Shown here: positions 13,441 through 27,148 of the stretch, piece by piece | Layout of the letters: the number at the start of each line of letters is the position of its first letter | How positions within the stretch are numbered: the first letter of the stretch is position 1 | Origin: Cenococcum geophilum | Lineage: Eukaryota | Assembly (NCBI GenBank): GCA_050273025.1 | Contig: CP158635.1 | Coordinates: 18,662,001-18,726,000, forward strand | Reading direction: 5' to 3' | Length of the DNA stretch: 64,000 nt | Program-made: the position numbers and the translations under genes | Notes under the pieces: model-generated | The model's input: the letters and a program-made list of their open reading frames with translations, nothing else | What the model was told of the DNA's origin: nothing | Databases searched by the model: none

Positions 13441-14100
13441 TAATAACCTTTTAAATAACCAGCTAGCGAAGACCACGAACAATTTAATTAATCAATTAAT
13501 TAAATTTAATATTAGCCTATTACTAAATCGTATTAAGGCCTCCTAGGGAGGCACCCTAGACGACTACTATTTAAATATACAGCTAGCGAACGGCTATAGA
13601 GAATAACCTGGATTAATTAAAGCCTTTAATTAGGCCGACCTCTCCCCTAAATTAAATTAGATACTAATATAGGCAGGTAGGTAAATAGGTAGGCAGGCAG
13701 GTAAGTAGGTAAGTAGAAAAGGACCATCATTAGAACCAGACGATAATCATTTAAATAACCAGCTAGCGAATACCATAATTAATTTAATCGATCGATTAAA
13801 TTAAACTAGAGCCTTAATATTAGCCTATTACCAAATTAAATTAAATTAAGGCCTTTTAGGGAGGCACCCTAAATAATTACTATTTAAATATATAGCTAAC
13901 GAACGCCTATAGAGAATAATTTAAATTAATATAATTAATCGTAATTAAATTAAGCAGAGCCTTTAATTGGGCTAACCTTTCCCCTAAATTATAGATATAG
14001 ACAGGTAGGATAGATAGGTGGGCACGACAGGCACAGGCAGGCACAGATAGGTAGGATAGGCAGATAGGTAGGCAGGCAGACAGGTAGGTAGGCAGGTACT
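13431..14100 (+). repeat. Two ~300-bp tandem units, each ending in an (AGGY)n-like microsatellite
   Basis: TTAAATAACCAGCTAGCGAA at 13451 and 13751; GGGAGGCACCCTA near 13546 and 13859; AGGC/AGGT/AGAC runs at 13670-13715 and 14000-14098. Confidence 0.85.
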
Positions 14101-14620
14101 AGGCCTAGTTAGGAAATCAGTATACAGCTAGCGGATTATCAGGAACACCGCCAATTAACAATTTAGAGCCTCCGTAAGAGGCTCCTTAGTTAATCGCCTA
14201 ACGCCTAAGTAGAGCTCCATAATAGATACAGGCGGTAAATAAAAGAGATTAATTTAGATTATTTAGATTATATATAATTAAATTAATTATATATTTTTTA
14301 ACTAGCTATAAATACTAGAGTGTTAATATACCTTATTTTTAAATCTAGAATTTTTATTATTATCCTAATGGTCCTAATAGTTCTGGAGGTCCTAGAGGTC
14401 CTAGAGGTCCTAGTAGTCCTAGTAGTCCAGGCGACCTCCTAACAGGTTCCTAATAGGATGCTAAGTGTAAATATCTTTTAGAGCTCCTAATAGCCCTAAC
14501 AGGAGCTGTTAGGAGCTGTCAGTACTGTCAGGAGGCATAAACATTTTGCTAATGTTATGGCTGCTGCTTTTAGTAGTATATTATTTAACTTTGTTAATAC
14601 TATAACCTTAGTAGTAAATA

Positions 14621-15039
14621 TATAATGAAGCCTTATAGCAGGAACTATAATAGACTTATTAATAGGCCGGGTATATAGGTAAATAAGAAGTTAACAACGT
14701 AATAATAACTGGTGGAGTGGTTACCTAACAGATTAACTCTAATTATATTCTGAGATTTACTATAAGGAAAGAACTATCTAGGTAGGGACTATGGTTTCTT
14801 AAATATATAACCGTACTTCTAAGAAATCCTCCTTATATGTAATGTACGTATAGTATATAAGGTATATAAGTTCCTTACGTTCCTTTTATTTAATATATAG
14901 TATATTATATAACCTTAGTTACTATTCTTTGTTATATAGCTTGACTAGTTCTATTCTAGACCGTGCCTATATTAACTAACTAGCTTCTTCCGACTTCTCT
15001 CCTAGTAGTTATAATATTATACTTAAAGCGTCCGTAATA
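14621..15039 (-). repeat. 5' LTR of element A (419 bp)
   Basis: Reverse complement of the E LTRs (TGTTACGGACGCTTTAAGT...AAGGTTCCGTTACA) with a diverged middle part. Confidence 0.9.
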
Positions 15040-16542
15040 GGCACTCCTATAGACCATAAAGAGGATATAATTATTTTTAGGTTTTTATAACTTCTACTAA
15101 TACTTTATTAAGAACTATAGTAGGATCGCCTGGCCTCTTAACCGTCTTATTAAAAAAGGCTAGCCCTTTTACTTTAACGCTATATATAGGTAGGCCTTTA
15201 ATAAGCTTAAAAAACGGCTAGTATCGGCTCCCTTACTTGCCTATTTTAACCTAGAATAGCCCTTAATATTAGAAACTAATGCCTTAGACGGCGTAATAGC
15301 TAGTATTTTTTTAAGAAGTAACCGAATGAAGAATAGCGCCCTATTATATATTATTTAAAGACTATAATAAATACTAAGCTAAACTACTATATCTATAATA
15401 AAGAAATACTAGCTATTATCTCTAGCTTTTAGCACTGGCGTATATAGTTAGAGAGGACCCCTAAGCTAATTAAGGTAGTTTTAGATTATAAGGCCTTAGA
15501 ATACTTTATAATAACTAAGGCCCTTATAGCCTAGTAGGTACGTTAGCTAAATACCCTATCTTAGTTTAACCCCTAATTATATATAGACTAGGCGCTATAA
15601 ACTGTATAAACGCTCCTATAAGGCGTAAATAAGACCTAAATAACTAAATAGTTGTAAAGATCTTATTATAGACCTAGACGCTACTATAACTAGAATACCT
15701 TAATCCCTAAATATAGGCAGAACTAAGTACGGACTACTTAGGCGCTAAGATATATCTTATTAACTCCTCTAAACTTAACCTTATTAATAAACTACTATAG
15801 GCTAACTAAACAACCCCCTCTCTATAGGAGTACTATAAAAAGGTAAAGAATATTACTAGCCTATACTCCCTTAAAAACGGACTACTTAAGTACTAGAAAC
15901 GGCTAGTAGTAACTAAAGAATAGAACTTACAGACTTAGCTTATTGCTAAAGCTTATACCTAGGTCTCTATAGCCTACCCTAGAAAAAATAAGACCTGTAA
16001 GATTATTAGTAACCACTACTACTAGCCTAGAATAGTTATAGATATTAATAGTTATATACGGAACCGCGACAGCTGTTATAAATCTATAATCCCATAAGAT
16101 AAAACCCTAGGACTATTAAAACCACTCCTAATACTAAAACGCTCTTAGTAGTATATCTTTATAGACTTTTATAAGCTACCTATAGACCGTAATAGATACG
16201 ATATAGTTATAATTTTAGTTAACCGCTTTAGTAAGCGCCCGTTCTTAATCCTATATTATAAGATTATTAATATTAAAGAAGCGGCCTAACTATATATCTA
16301 CTATATTTACTAAATCTATAGACTACTAGATACTATTATATCTAATTATAGGCCGTAATTTATATCGGCCCTCTAGAATAAGTTTACCTAGATCTTAGGT
16401 ATTAAGCTAAAGCTTTCTATAGTATACCACCCCCAAATAAATAGTTAGATAGAAATTATAAATTAATACTTAAATTAGAGACTTCGGCCCTTTATTAACT
16501 ACTTCTAAGATAACTAGGCTAAACTACACCTAAGCGACCCTA

Positions 16543-16768
16543 TGTTAGCGACTCAGTCAATTAAGACATAAGTACGGCAAAAGGGTCGCGCAAGCCTGTA
16601 TAATTGGATTGTCTATAAACGAGAATCTAAAGCTAAAGAAAAGGAAAGGAAAGGATAAGTAGTAATGCGAGGAGTTATATATAATCCCCTAGTCACGTAA
16701 GAGTTACATAAGCCCTGTGTCTACTATAATGTCTACTATAGCTGCCGCTTTCTACCAGTGCCGTAATA
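16543..16768 (-). repeat. 3' LTR of element D
   Basis: Direct repeat of 22152-22372, adjacent to the PPT. Confidence 0.95.
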
Positions 16769-19700
16769 TTACCCCCCCCCCCTTTCGCAAAAGCCTGCCC
16801 TTAGGCTTTGTATATCTATATTATGCCTATAGGGCGTTCTTATCTTTATGTTCTTCTAGTAGCTTATTATCTTTATTATATTAGCATTCTATCCATTCGT
16901 CTAGGTACCTTAGCGGTTTTAGTTTATTAGGGTAACAGCTATAAAATTCTTAAAGCTTATGGGGACTGTTAATAAAGTTCTATATAGGGTACTAGGTAGG
17001 ATCTAGGTTATAGCCTTTCCAACTAACGCAGTACTTTAGCGTTTTCCTTACTAACTTATAGGCTAGTATCTCTTTAATTTCCTATTTGTTGTCGCTATTG
17101 ACTTAATTAGTAGGGGGGGTTTGTTCTTTTGTCTAGGTAATGGGTTATTTATAGCCTTCTATAGCTTATCTGGTAAGAAGGTAGAGTAAACCTTAATTAA
17201 ATCTAGGAGTTTTACTTTGTATAAGTTGCCTATTTTCTTAAGAACCTTATACGGTCCTGCTATCTAATAATTAAGCTTATAACTAGACCGTTCCGTCTTT
17301 TAGTTCTTTATTATAACCTAGACTATATTACCTACGGTAAAGTCAGGCTTACGCCTATACTTATTTGCCTGCTGTTTTATTAATTTTTAGGCCTTTTCTA
17401 AATTTGTACAGGCTACTATTTAGGCTTCCTTTAAGCGCTTAGTGTATTGCTGGGCTTTTTTATAAAATAGTTTCTCGCGTATAGTCCGTGGTTCTTCTGG
17501 CTTATTCTAGTTAAAGCTTATTTAGGGTAGATACCCTATTTCTAGTTAGATAGGTATAAATCCCGTAGAGTTATGGGGTAAGGTTACCTAGGCGTAGTCT
17601 ATTAGAGGTAGTAGTTTGCCCTAGTTATTTTAGAAGTAGTTAATAAAGGGCCGGAGTCTTTGGTCTAAGTATTAATTTATAATCTCCGTCTAACCGTTTA
17701 TTTGGGGGTAGTATACTATAAAAAGCTTTAGCCTAATTCTTAGGATCTAAGTAAACTCGTTCTAAAAAGCTGATATAAACTATAGTCCGTGGTCCGATAT
17801 AATAGTATTTAGTAGTCCGTAAATTTAGTAGATATAGTAGATATATAGTTAGGCCGCCTCTTTAGTATTGATATTCTTGTAATAGGGGATTAAGAAGGGG
17901 CGTTTGCTAAAACGGTTAACTAAGATTATAACTATATTGTACCCGTTATGGTCTACTAGTAGTTTATAAAAGTCTATAGAGATATACTGCTAGGGGCGCT
18001 CTAGTATTAAGAGTGGCTTTAATAGTCCTAGGGTCTTATCTTATGGAATTATAGACCTATAGTAGTTATTGCAGTTCTGTATATATTGGTTAATATCTAT
18101 AACTATTTTAGGCTAGTAGTAACGGTTACTAATAATCTTATAGGTCTTATTTTTTCTAAGGTGGGCCGTAGAGACCTAGGTATATGCTTTGGTAATAAAA
18201 TAGGTTTATAAGTTCTATTCTTCTACTACTACTAGCCGTTCCTAGTGCTTAAGTAGTCTATTTTTAAGGGACTATAGGCTAGTAATATCCTTTGCCTTTT
18301 CGCGGTATTTCTATAGAGAAGGGTCCGTATAGTTTGCTTACAGTAGTTTATTAATAAGGTTAAATTCCATAGGGTTAATAGGATATATCTTAGCGCTTAA
18401 AGATTTAGTACCTAGTTCTTCCTATATTTAAGGGTTAAGGTGCTCTAGTTATAGTAGTATTTAGGTCCGTAATAAGATCTTTACAGCTATCTGGTTATTT
18501 AGATCCTATTTATATCTTATAAGAGCATCCGCACGGTTAGTGGCGCCTAGCCTATATATAATTAGGAAGTTAAACTAGGATATAATGTCCGCCTAGTGTA
18601 CTTACCGGGCCGTAAGGGCTTTTATTATTATGAAATATTCTAAGGCCTTATAATCTAAAACTACTTAGATAGGTTTAGGGGTCCCTTCTAGCTATACTCG
18701 CTAGTGCTAAAAGCTGAAGATAATAGCTAATATTTCTTTATTGTGGATTGGGTAGTTTAGCTTAGCGTCTACTATAGTCTTTAAGTAGTAAGTAATAGAG
18801 TGCTATTCTCCGTCCGTCTGCTTTTAGGAATAAACGCTAGCAATAATACTATCTAAGGCATCCGTTTTTAGTATTAAGGGCTATTTTAGGCTAAAGTAGG
18901 TAAATAAAGGAGTGGAGACTAGCCATTTTTGAGTTTATTAAAAGCCTACCTATATACGGTATTAAAGTAGAAGGGCTAGTCCTTTATAGTAAGGCGGCTA
19001 AAGGGCTAAGTAATCCTGCTATAGTTCTTAATAAAGTGTTAGTAGCAGTTATAGAAGTCTAAGAATAACTATATCCCTTTTATAGTCCGTGGTGGTTCCT
19101 ATTAATTAATTACGGCTATCTTTTCTAGGTCTGCCTTAATTTCGTCCATACTAATAATAAACCCTAGGTACTTTATACGTTTTATACTAAATTCTAACTT
19201 CTTAATATTAGCCTAGAGACTAGCCTTATAGAGCCGTTATAAGACCTTATAGACGTGCTCCTTGTATTTTAGCTCGTTCTTAGAGTAAATTATAATATTA
19301 TCTAGGTAAGCCGTATAGAAGTTGTTAAGATAGTTAAAGAGAACATCGTTTATATATCGTTAGTATATCGCTAGTCCGTTAGTTAGTCTAAAAGGAAGTA
19401 CTTTATACTTATATGATCTGTATTAAGTCCGAAAGGTAGTAAGATCTATAAATTTAGAGTTTATTTTAATTTAGTGGAAAGCCTAATAGATATTAAGCTT
19501 TGTAAATATCTTAGCTCTATTTATTTAGGCTAGTGTCTTATTAAATAGGGGTAGCGGATAACGGTCTTTATGGGTTATATTATTAAGCTTATAGTAGTTA
19601 ATATAGAAATAAAGTCCTCTATTTAGCTTTTTAGTAAAGAAAATAGGAGAGGTAAAGGGGGCCTAGTTAGGCTTAATAAACCCCTTTACTAGGTTGTTAA

Positions 19701-22151
19701 TAAGGTACTACTTAGTGGTCTATAATTTGGTAATAGACTATTTATAAAGGGGGGTATAGCTAAGGATGTTTTTTTTATTTGGCTTAATCTCGATCTTATA
19801 GTTGTATAGTTAATAGGGTAGAAGTATATTAGATGCTGCCTTAGAGAATATATTCTTAAACTTTTAGTACTAATAGGGTAGTTTCTGTTCTACTAGCTCC
19901 TTATCTATAAGCTTACTTTCCTATCTACTAAGCTTGCCTTTCTTTTCCTTAATTATTTGATTAATTTCGTATAAGCTAGTAGTAAAGGTAACGGTATTAG
20001 GTTGGACTAAGTTCTAGTAGAATCCTACGGCGCTAATATAATAGATATTAACTGGTAGGAGATCCGCAGGTTTCTTTATAGACTTTTATTGGGCTGTATT
20101 TTGCGGTATAAGGTTTATAATCTTCTTTAGCTTATATTCTATTTTCCGTAAGTTATCCTTTTAGTCTATTAGTTTAGTATAGCGTCTAGTATTTCTAGTC
20201 TTTTTTTATGGCTATGTAGGGCCTAAGTTCTCTATTAGGAACTTAGGTAGGTTATTACTAACTTTTTAGGTTTCTGGTGTAGGTAGTATAATATAAGTCT
20301 AGGGGTGGCGTAGTATGTGGATCTGTTACGGGTTAAGCTGTATATCCTTCTTAAAGGCCTAGTCTTTATATATAGTATCGGTTTAGTAGATAGTATTAAT
20401 CTAGGGTTATATAAGGTTCTTTATTATAATGCTAATTTCTTTTATAAAAGAAGGGGTTAGGGATAGGGTTTTAGGCTAGATAAGCTATCTGCTTTATATA
20501 TTAAGCTATAAGCCTAAATAGGCTAGCTATTTCCTCCCTAAAATTATATCGTGGCTCCTAAGGTCCGTAATAAGAAAGGGGACGTTATACTGCCTTTATT
20601 TGTCTACGCGGAGGTAGATCCGTAAGATTGTTATAATAAAAGGTCCTGCCCGTCCGTTATACCTATAAATTAGAATTAACTTAGGTAGTTCTTCTAGAGG
20701 TATATTTAAAAAGTTAGCTAGTTTTATAGCGCACTTTATATTAATTAAGGTAAAGGCATTTACTTCTAAGTTAGCTAAGGTAGAGGTTAAAACTTAGTAT
20801 CTATTGTAAAATAAAGTATAAGGGATAGTGTAGCTTTTTTTACTAACTAGCTGACCTAGATTAATATATAATATATTAATCCCTTTTAACCCTAGAGAGG
20901 AGTCTTTTTCTAGGGTTCCTCTTTTTCTAACTCTATGCTATCCTTCTGAATTAATAGGACCTCGTTTACTTTTGCCTTTATTAGGTAGTTCCTTATAGAG
21001 TAGCCTTTTTAACCGTATAAGAAGTAAGCCCCTTAATCGCTAAGGGCCTATATATAGGGGTTATTATAAGTAGGCTGAGTAAACACTTAGCCCGCAGTAG
21101 GGCTAGCTATATAGCTAGTTACTAGGTTAGCGGCCGGTGTAGTAGGTGTTGCAAGTTATACTAGGGTATTATAGGCCGTTCTTATATTGCTTATAGCTTA
21201 ATTTAAGGGATTCCTAGCCTTTATCTAGTTAGCTTATGCCTTAATTTAACAGAGGCCTTAGTTAATAGCTAGGCAGTAGTCTATAAGTTCTTTTAACGTC
21301 TATATAGTAGTAAAAGCTAGTAGTAGGTCTTTTTAGGAAATTTAGGCTTATCTAGCTAGGTATAAGAAGCGGGTTTAGAAGGCTAAAAAGGTCTCTATTG
21401 TTTTTATATTTAGACTTTTATAGCTAAGGCGGGCGTTTTATACCCTAAAAGGGTTCTTATAGATAGAAGATAGGTAGTTAATTATTTCTTCTTCTAAGAC
21501 AAAAGGGTTTACTAAGTCTGCAGTATATCGCGGACGTAGGTGCGTCTAGGCGTCTTTACTAGTACGGCCGAAGACGTAGGCCATTTTAGCTTAAGTAGTA
21601 GGGAAGTGGTCCGCATTAACTTCGAGCTTATTCTATAATTAAAGCTTTTAATTATTAAATATAGGGTTAGCTCCGTCTGTAAGTAATAGGGGATTTATAA
21701 CCTTTGCGGACCGCGATAATGCTAATGCTATATATTGGGCTAGGGCCTTAAGGACCGTAGCGAGTTTGTTTAATAGGTTACCGCTAGATATAGGGGTGTC
21801 TCTAGTTTTAAGCAGTTCTTATAGCCGCTTAATTTCGGCATTAGCTGCTATAAGCTCCGCTTAGGGGGTTAAGATATTAATTATCTCCTTATGTAAGGTG
21901 TTTGTGGGTCCTATAGCTACTTTACCTACTACTATGTTTTGTAGTATAGTGCTAGGGTATTAGGTAATTTTGGGTAATTTCTTTAGGGGTTCTAGTTTAT
22001 GCGTATCTTATAGGTCCTTTCCTTAGGGTTCTATTATTTTCCTTTAGGTTCTTTTCTTAGTTCTAGTGATGTCCTTAGGGTCCTATTTGTGGTCTTATAG
22101 ATATATTTAAGTTCCTTTTTAGGAAGAAAGAGTGGTTCGAGTTTTAGATAA

Positions 22152-22372
22152 TGTTAGCGACTTAGTTAATTAAGATATAAGTACGGCAAAAGGGTCGCGC
22201 AAGCCTATATAATTGAATTGTCTATAAACAAGAATCTAAAGCTAAAGAAAAGAAAAGGATAAGTAGTAACGCAAGGAGTTATATATAATCCCCTAGTTAC
22301 GTAAGAGTTATATAAGCCCTACGTCTACTATAACGTCTACTATAGCTGCCGCTTTCTGTTAGTGCCGTAATA
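22152..22372 (-). repeat. 5' LTR of element D
   Basis: Direct repeat of 16543-16768. Confidence 0.95.
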
Positions 22373-23079
22373 CCCTACTCTATAACTCTATAGGATTTGC
22401 CCCTATTTAACTAGAAATAGGCTACTTACCCTATATAAGCTTTAACTAGGAAAGACTAAAAGGACCCTAGACTATACGCGAAAAACTATCTTATAAAGAA
22501 GTACGGTAGTATACTAAGTACTTAAAAGAAGCCTAAACGGTAGCCTATATAAATCTAAAAAAGGCCTAAAAATTAATATAACTGTCGGTATCACTTCCGG
22601 TGATACGTAATGCTATTGTAATAGTATGGGGTGGTAACTAATTTTGATTGATGCTTATTAATTCTCCTATTTTATAGGTGGAATTTGGTGGATTTCCTAA
22701 GCTTGCTTAGCTTATATAACTAACCCAATTAGTTATAGACAACCTCGTTTAGACACTAGGAGTATTTAGTTTTTAATAGTGCTTAAGTACGCCTCCTACT
22801 AAATTCCGTTAAGTTCTACTATATTCCACCAAATTCTATTAAGTTCTACTAAATTCCGCTATATTCTACTAAATTCCATTAAGTTCTGCCAAATTCTACT
22901 ATATTCTACTTAGATTCTGCTAAATTCTGTTAGGTGGTTAAAGTAACTAATTACGATTTTCCATCCCCGGGATAGAAAGTCGCTATTGGCTTGCTTAGTA
23001 CTAGCGCCTTAGCGGCTGGCTTGATATCTTTGTACACTCTATTTCTACCTTAACGTCTTCTCTTTCTACCTACTTGGTA

Positions 23080-26000
23080 ACCTATAGCTTAATTATATTC
23101 GTATTAATTAGGTCCTTTAACGCCTGGTAAGGCTTTAATTTTATTATAGCGTCTATAGGGTTACTACCTCCGTTGATTTATTTAATCTCTACTATTTCTC
23201 TTCTCTCGTATAATTATTGTAAATATATTAGGTCAACTATAAGTTGTTTCTCTTATATTGTTCTAAGTTTAACTAGGCAGTTATATAGAGATTTTAAATT
23301 AGTATAAAGGGTAAGCGGTAGTTGTTTAAGTTGTAGGATCTTCTTAATGGTTACTTTAATCGCAGCTCTGGTGTTAAATCCGTGGGCTATGCTATATAGT
23401 TTAGATGCTAAGACACTTTATATAACTCGCTTGCACTTAGTAGATAACCAATAGAGGATATTGGCCCTATTATCCTTATCTATAAGTATAATAATAAAGC
23501 CGATCTAAGAGGAGAGGTCGTGGTTATTGGCAAAGGATGAGTCCGTGAATATTATTAGTTTAAGAGTACTTATATCGAGTTATATGAAATAAAGTCCTTA
23601 GGAGGGATTATTAATTTACTATTATAGCCGCTTATTAAGCTGCTTTGCATGTTTTTCCTTTAGGTTAACGACTTATGCTGTAAAGGAGAGGTTAAAGGTA
23701 GCTTCTAGTTGATAGACTATAGTGATATAGGCTCCTCTTGCTTTTTAAGTAACGTACTGGTCCTTTAGTGTAACTGCCTTATGGACTTCCCCTCTGGAGC
23801 TAGTTAGGTTTGTAGCCTTTATAGTGACCAGCTTTAGGTTCTAGTATTAACGTTCCTAGGTAAGGGCTATTAAATCTTTTTCTTGCTTAATATAGCCTCC
23901 ATTAAACTTAATTAGGGTATTTAGTATAAGCTTCTCTCTCTTTTTTGCTAGGAACTTTGCCTCCTAAAGTCTAGCTTCTTTAGCCTCCGTAAAGGTTTTA
24001 TTAGTAAGAAATAGTGTATTATTAGTCTGCAATCCTATAATTCCGAAGCTATCGCTGTTTGTATATAATAAGTAGGGGTTGTATATTAACTGGTTTATCC
24101 ATAGCTTATTAAGGTGGTGGCGGTAGTATATATTAAACTAGTGGTTACCAGCTTCCGGGATACCGTATAGTGGTTTAATAACTCTTAGAATTAATCTATC
24201 TTTTAGTTTAAGTTCTAGTAGCGGGCGTATAAAGAAGTCTCTGTTTAGGTGGGTGCTGGACTATATATAGGCTTGTAAGATATCGCGTAGGTATAAAGAG
24301 GCTGGTCTTCTTTCATTTCCTTATAGGGTTGCTATAAGTGCTAGAATAATTCTCTAGCTGATATATTAAATGGTTGGTGACTATATTAGAACTAGATCTT
24401 TGTTATGGTTGTTATAGACTTATATAATTAGTCTAGACTTCTTAAAGGCCTTGTTTATTCTGGCGTTCTTAATCTTGTTAATAAATTGGGAGTTAAAGAT
24501 TCTAACTCCTTTTAGGACGTCTGCTGTATTGGTAAACTTAAAGACGCCTTTCTTAAGTAAACCGTTTATCTCCTTACGTTAAGACTCTATAAATGACGGT
24601 AAGGTACACTTAGAGGTTATAGTATTAGATTTCGTTAGGCTGTTGTTAATAAATATTAATACGTCTGTAATGTTTTACTAGGACTTTATTAGCAATCATC
24701 ATATCTGTTTTAATCTTTGGAGGGGTATAGTAGCTGCCAGTTCCTTAGTTGGTTCCTTAGTTAGTTCCTTAATTAGTTTCTTAGTTGGTTTCTTAGTTAG
24801 TTCCTTAGTTGGTTTTTCTAGTTTAGGTTATAGGTATAGTTTTACTGCTATAGTCCTAAAGTTAGTAGGTCTACTAGGGAGCTATATCTTATATATCTCT
24901 TCGTTAATTCTAAGTAACTTAAATGGGCTAGTCTATCTGCCGCTTTGTCTAGTATTGCCTTTACGCTATATAAGTATATCTAAGTTAAGGGGGAGGTTAT
25001 AGATTATGGTGACAGATAGACCGTTTTGTTGGTTTAGTATATTGTTAACTTACTTCTTTGCCCTAATCCTTACGATCTCCTCTATTGCCTTCTTTATAGC
25101 TGCCGCTTGCTATATAATAGAGGGTGCTAGTAGGTTAAGTTCGCTTATTTAAGGGTAGGCACTAAAGACGAGAAGTGTTAGGACTAAGCTATTTGGGCTA
25201 GCTATGTTATTAGTAGCCTTTACCACTATTTATAAAGCTAGTTCTTTGGTTATTCCTAAGTCCTATAGCTCCTTTATGATTATTTAATATGCTTGGCGTA
25301 GGGTTAAATAAGCTCTTTTTACTATTCTAATAGACTAGTGAGCTTTTACTAGGACGCTCTTAGTTAATATGGCTATTGCTATAGCGTGCTGTTAAAATTC
25401 CTTACTTATAAAGTTTTTCCTAGCGTTATGGGTAATATAGTCGGGTGGTTTAATATAGGTGTTAATCTAGTAGAGTTGTAGGATGTCCTAGGTATGTTTT
25501 GTAAAGATATTACGTAGCTATCTTACGGCTTAAAATTTAGTAGCTTTATTGATTATATAGAGGATAGGGCTTTTATTAATGTATATAATATTAATAAAAA
25601 TAGAATGGTTAAAATCGGAATCTTAGTCTTTTTGTAATGTGAACTTAAACTATTTAAGGGATTTGCCGTGTTTCTGGTAGTGGGAGCAGTACTTAGCGAG
25701 GTAGTTAATAACCTGCTTATTAATGTTATCGTAGCTAGAGCGTTCTAGTACCTTATATAGCTTATCTATTAATAGATGTTTAAAGCGGTGGTAGAGTCGG
25801 CGGAGTTTAGTAGTAGTTAGGTAGTAAGGGTTTTGGTTAAACAAGTAGGTTATAAATAACTATAATGACTTTTCCTATAATAGGAAGGGGTAACTAAATT
25901 AGCGAACTACTAGTACTAATTTTGTTGGGGTAACTAGGACGTTCTTAAGGTTATTATAATAGACCTTTAGTATATCTATATCTGCGAGATATAGTAGGAA

Positions 26001-27148
26001 GGGTATATTGGCCTTTATAATATGAAATTTAATATTGCTAACTGGTGTATTAGCTATAATAGAGCTAATAGAAGAGGTAGAGCCGATGCTAAACTGGACG
26101 TTAATGGCGCCGGCCTTTAAGGTGTCGATAACGGTATTATAGGTCTTTCTGTATGTAAGGTATTATCTATAACCTATTATTGATCTCTTTAAAGCTTTAG
26201 TGTTAATTATTACTCTATAGAACTTGTTAGAGGTATATTAGCTAGTAGTAACGTAGGTAAATAGGTTTGGGTCATTGTGGTAAGCAGTTAGGTTAGTGCC
26301 GGTAATTGTATAGGTAAAGGATTGGTCCGCTAAGTTAGTTATAGTATTAGTGGCTCCTTTGTGCTATATTGTTCTAAAAAAAGTAAGAAATAGTTTAGTC
26401 TGTTTCTAAGCCGGAGATATTAGTAGTAACTTAATATTAATTATAAGGGCTTCTATTGCGTTATTAGTAGATTTTAAGTTAAGTTTATTATTGTAATCTG
26501 TTCCCTTGTACTTGGTGATATATTACTTAATATACCTATTAAAGCAGCGGTTAAGTCTATCCTTAAACTTCTTCCTTAATTTATTACGTTCTTCTTTTAA
26601 GTATTTAGATAACTAGTAGCCTTTCTTATAGTAGACAAAGTAGCGCTTTTTTAATAATGTATATTGGCTAGATAAGGATGATTGTGTTCTATAAGGTAAT
26701 TAGGGGTATTATTTGTAGTAGCGGCGGTTGGTGAAGTAGGCTTAGGGGTTCTTACTGTTTAACTTTTTAAATGTTGTGATAGAGGATTGTAAGTTATTAA
26801 TTAGGCTAGTTAAGCTATTAGAGGGTTTAAAGTAGGTATATTAATATGCTGGTAACTCCTGGCAGGCGTTAATAAGCTTATTATAAAGAAACTTGTCTGT
26901 GTATAAATCTGGGTTAAGACTGTACTAGAGGTGTCTTAGTTCTTTAATAAGTAACTATAGGTAGTCTAGGGTTAATTTTCTAGTATTCTTGCCTTTGCTT
27001 ATTATAGACCTTAAGGTTATTAAGTTCTATTGCCCTAGTATATTACACCTGTACTTAAGTCCCTTAAAGTAATTACGTGTAGTGTTATAGTGACGTTCTT
27101 AAGGTTAGTATAGTAATGGTTAAGTGCTAAGCCGCGTAGTATTGTAGG
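23080..27148 (-). pseudogene. pol: Copia polyprotein of F (gag C-part, PR, IN, RT, RNase H), RIP-degraded
   Basis: Integrase zinc-finger remnant in ORF 25650-25844 (LRRLYHRFKH...YCSHYQKH); RT KPLYGIPEAGNH at ~24145-24178; RNase H IFTDSSFANNHDLSS at ~23510-23555. Confidence 0.88.
24741..24815 (-). repeat. 12-bp tandem repeat in the F IN-RT linker (EPTK/E-like peptide repeat)
   Basis: TTCCTTAGTTGG unit repeated about six times. Confidence 0.8.

Larger units (their letters stand above)
12697..14546. mobile_element. ~1.85-kb non-coding, repeat-rich insertion in gag of A; candidate non-autonomous Helitron2/Helentron-like element
   Basis: Removing it restores the A gag frame (de-RIP MPPKAAATTSAKRQQTAST). 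CATTTT occurs at both junctions; terminal/subterminal TGTCAGG-CCTGACA-type inverted repeats; internal tandem repeats. The insertion is well supported, the class is tentative. Confidence 0.55.
1..15039 (-). mobile_element. Ty3/Gypsy LTR retrotransposon A (same family as E), 3' part outside the window, interrupted by four insertions
   Basis: Segments 1-1173, 7565-8222, 8355-10478, 12533-12696 and 14547-15039 are collinear with the reverse complement of element E from RT back to the 5' LTR. The sequence resumes after each insertion/TSD. Confidence 0.92.
16543..22372 (-). mobile_element. Full-length Gypsy chromovirus D (family C, 5830 bp), inserted antisense in the C0 integrase
   Basis: LTRs at 16543-16768 and 22152-22372; TSD CCCTA at 16538-16542 and 22373-22377; poly-C (minus-strand PPT) at ~16772; RT YLDN (de-RIP YLDD) near 19300. 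Confidence 0.95.

Noticed and set aside
25650..25844. 64-aa ORF as an independent gene
   Set aside because: Stop-free remnant of the Copia F integrase zinc-finger region.
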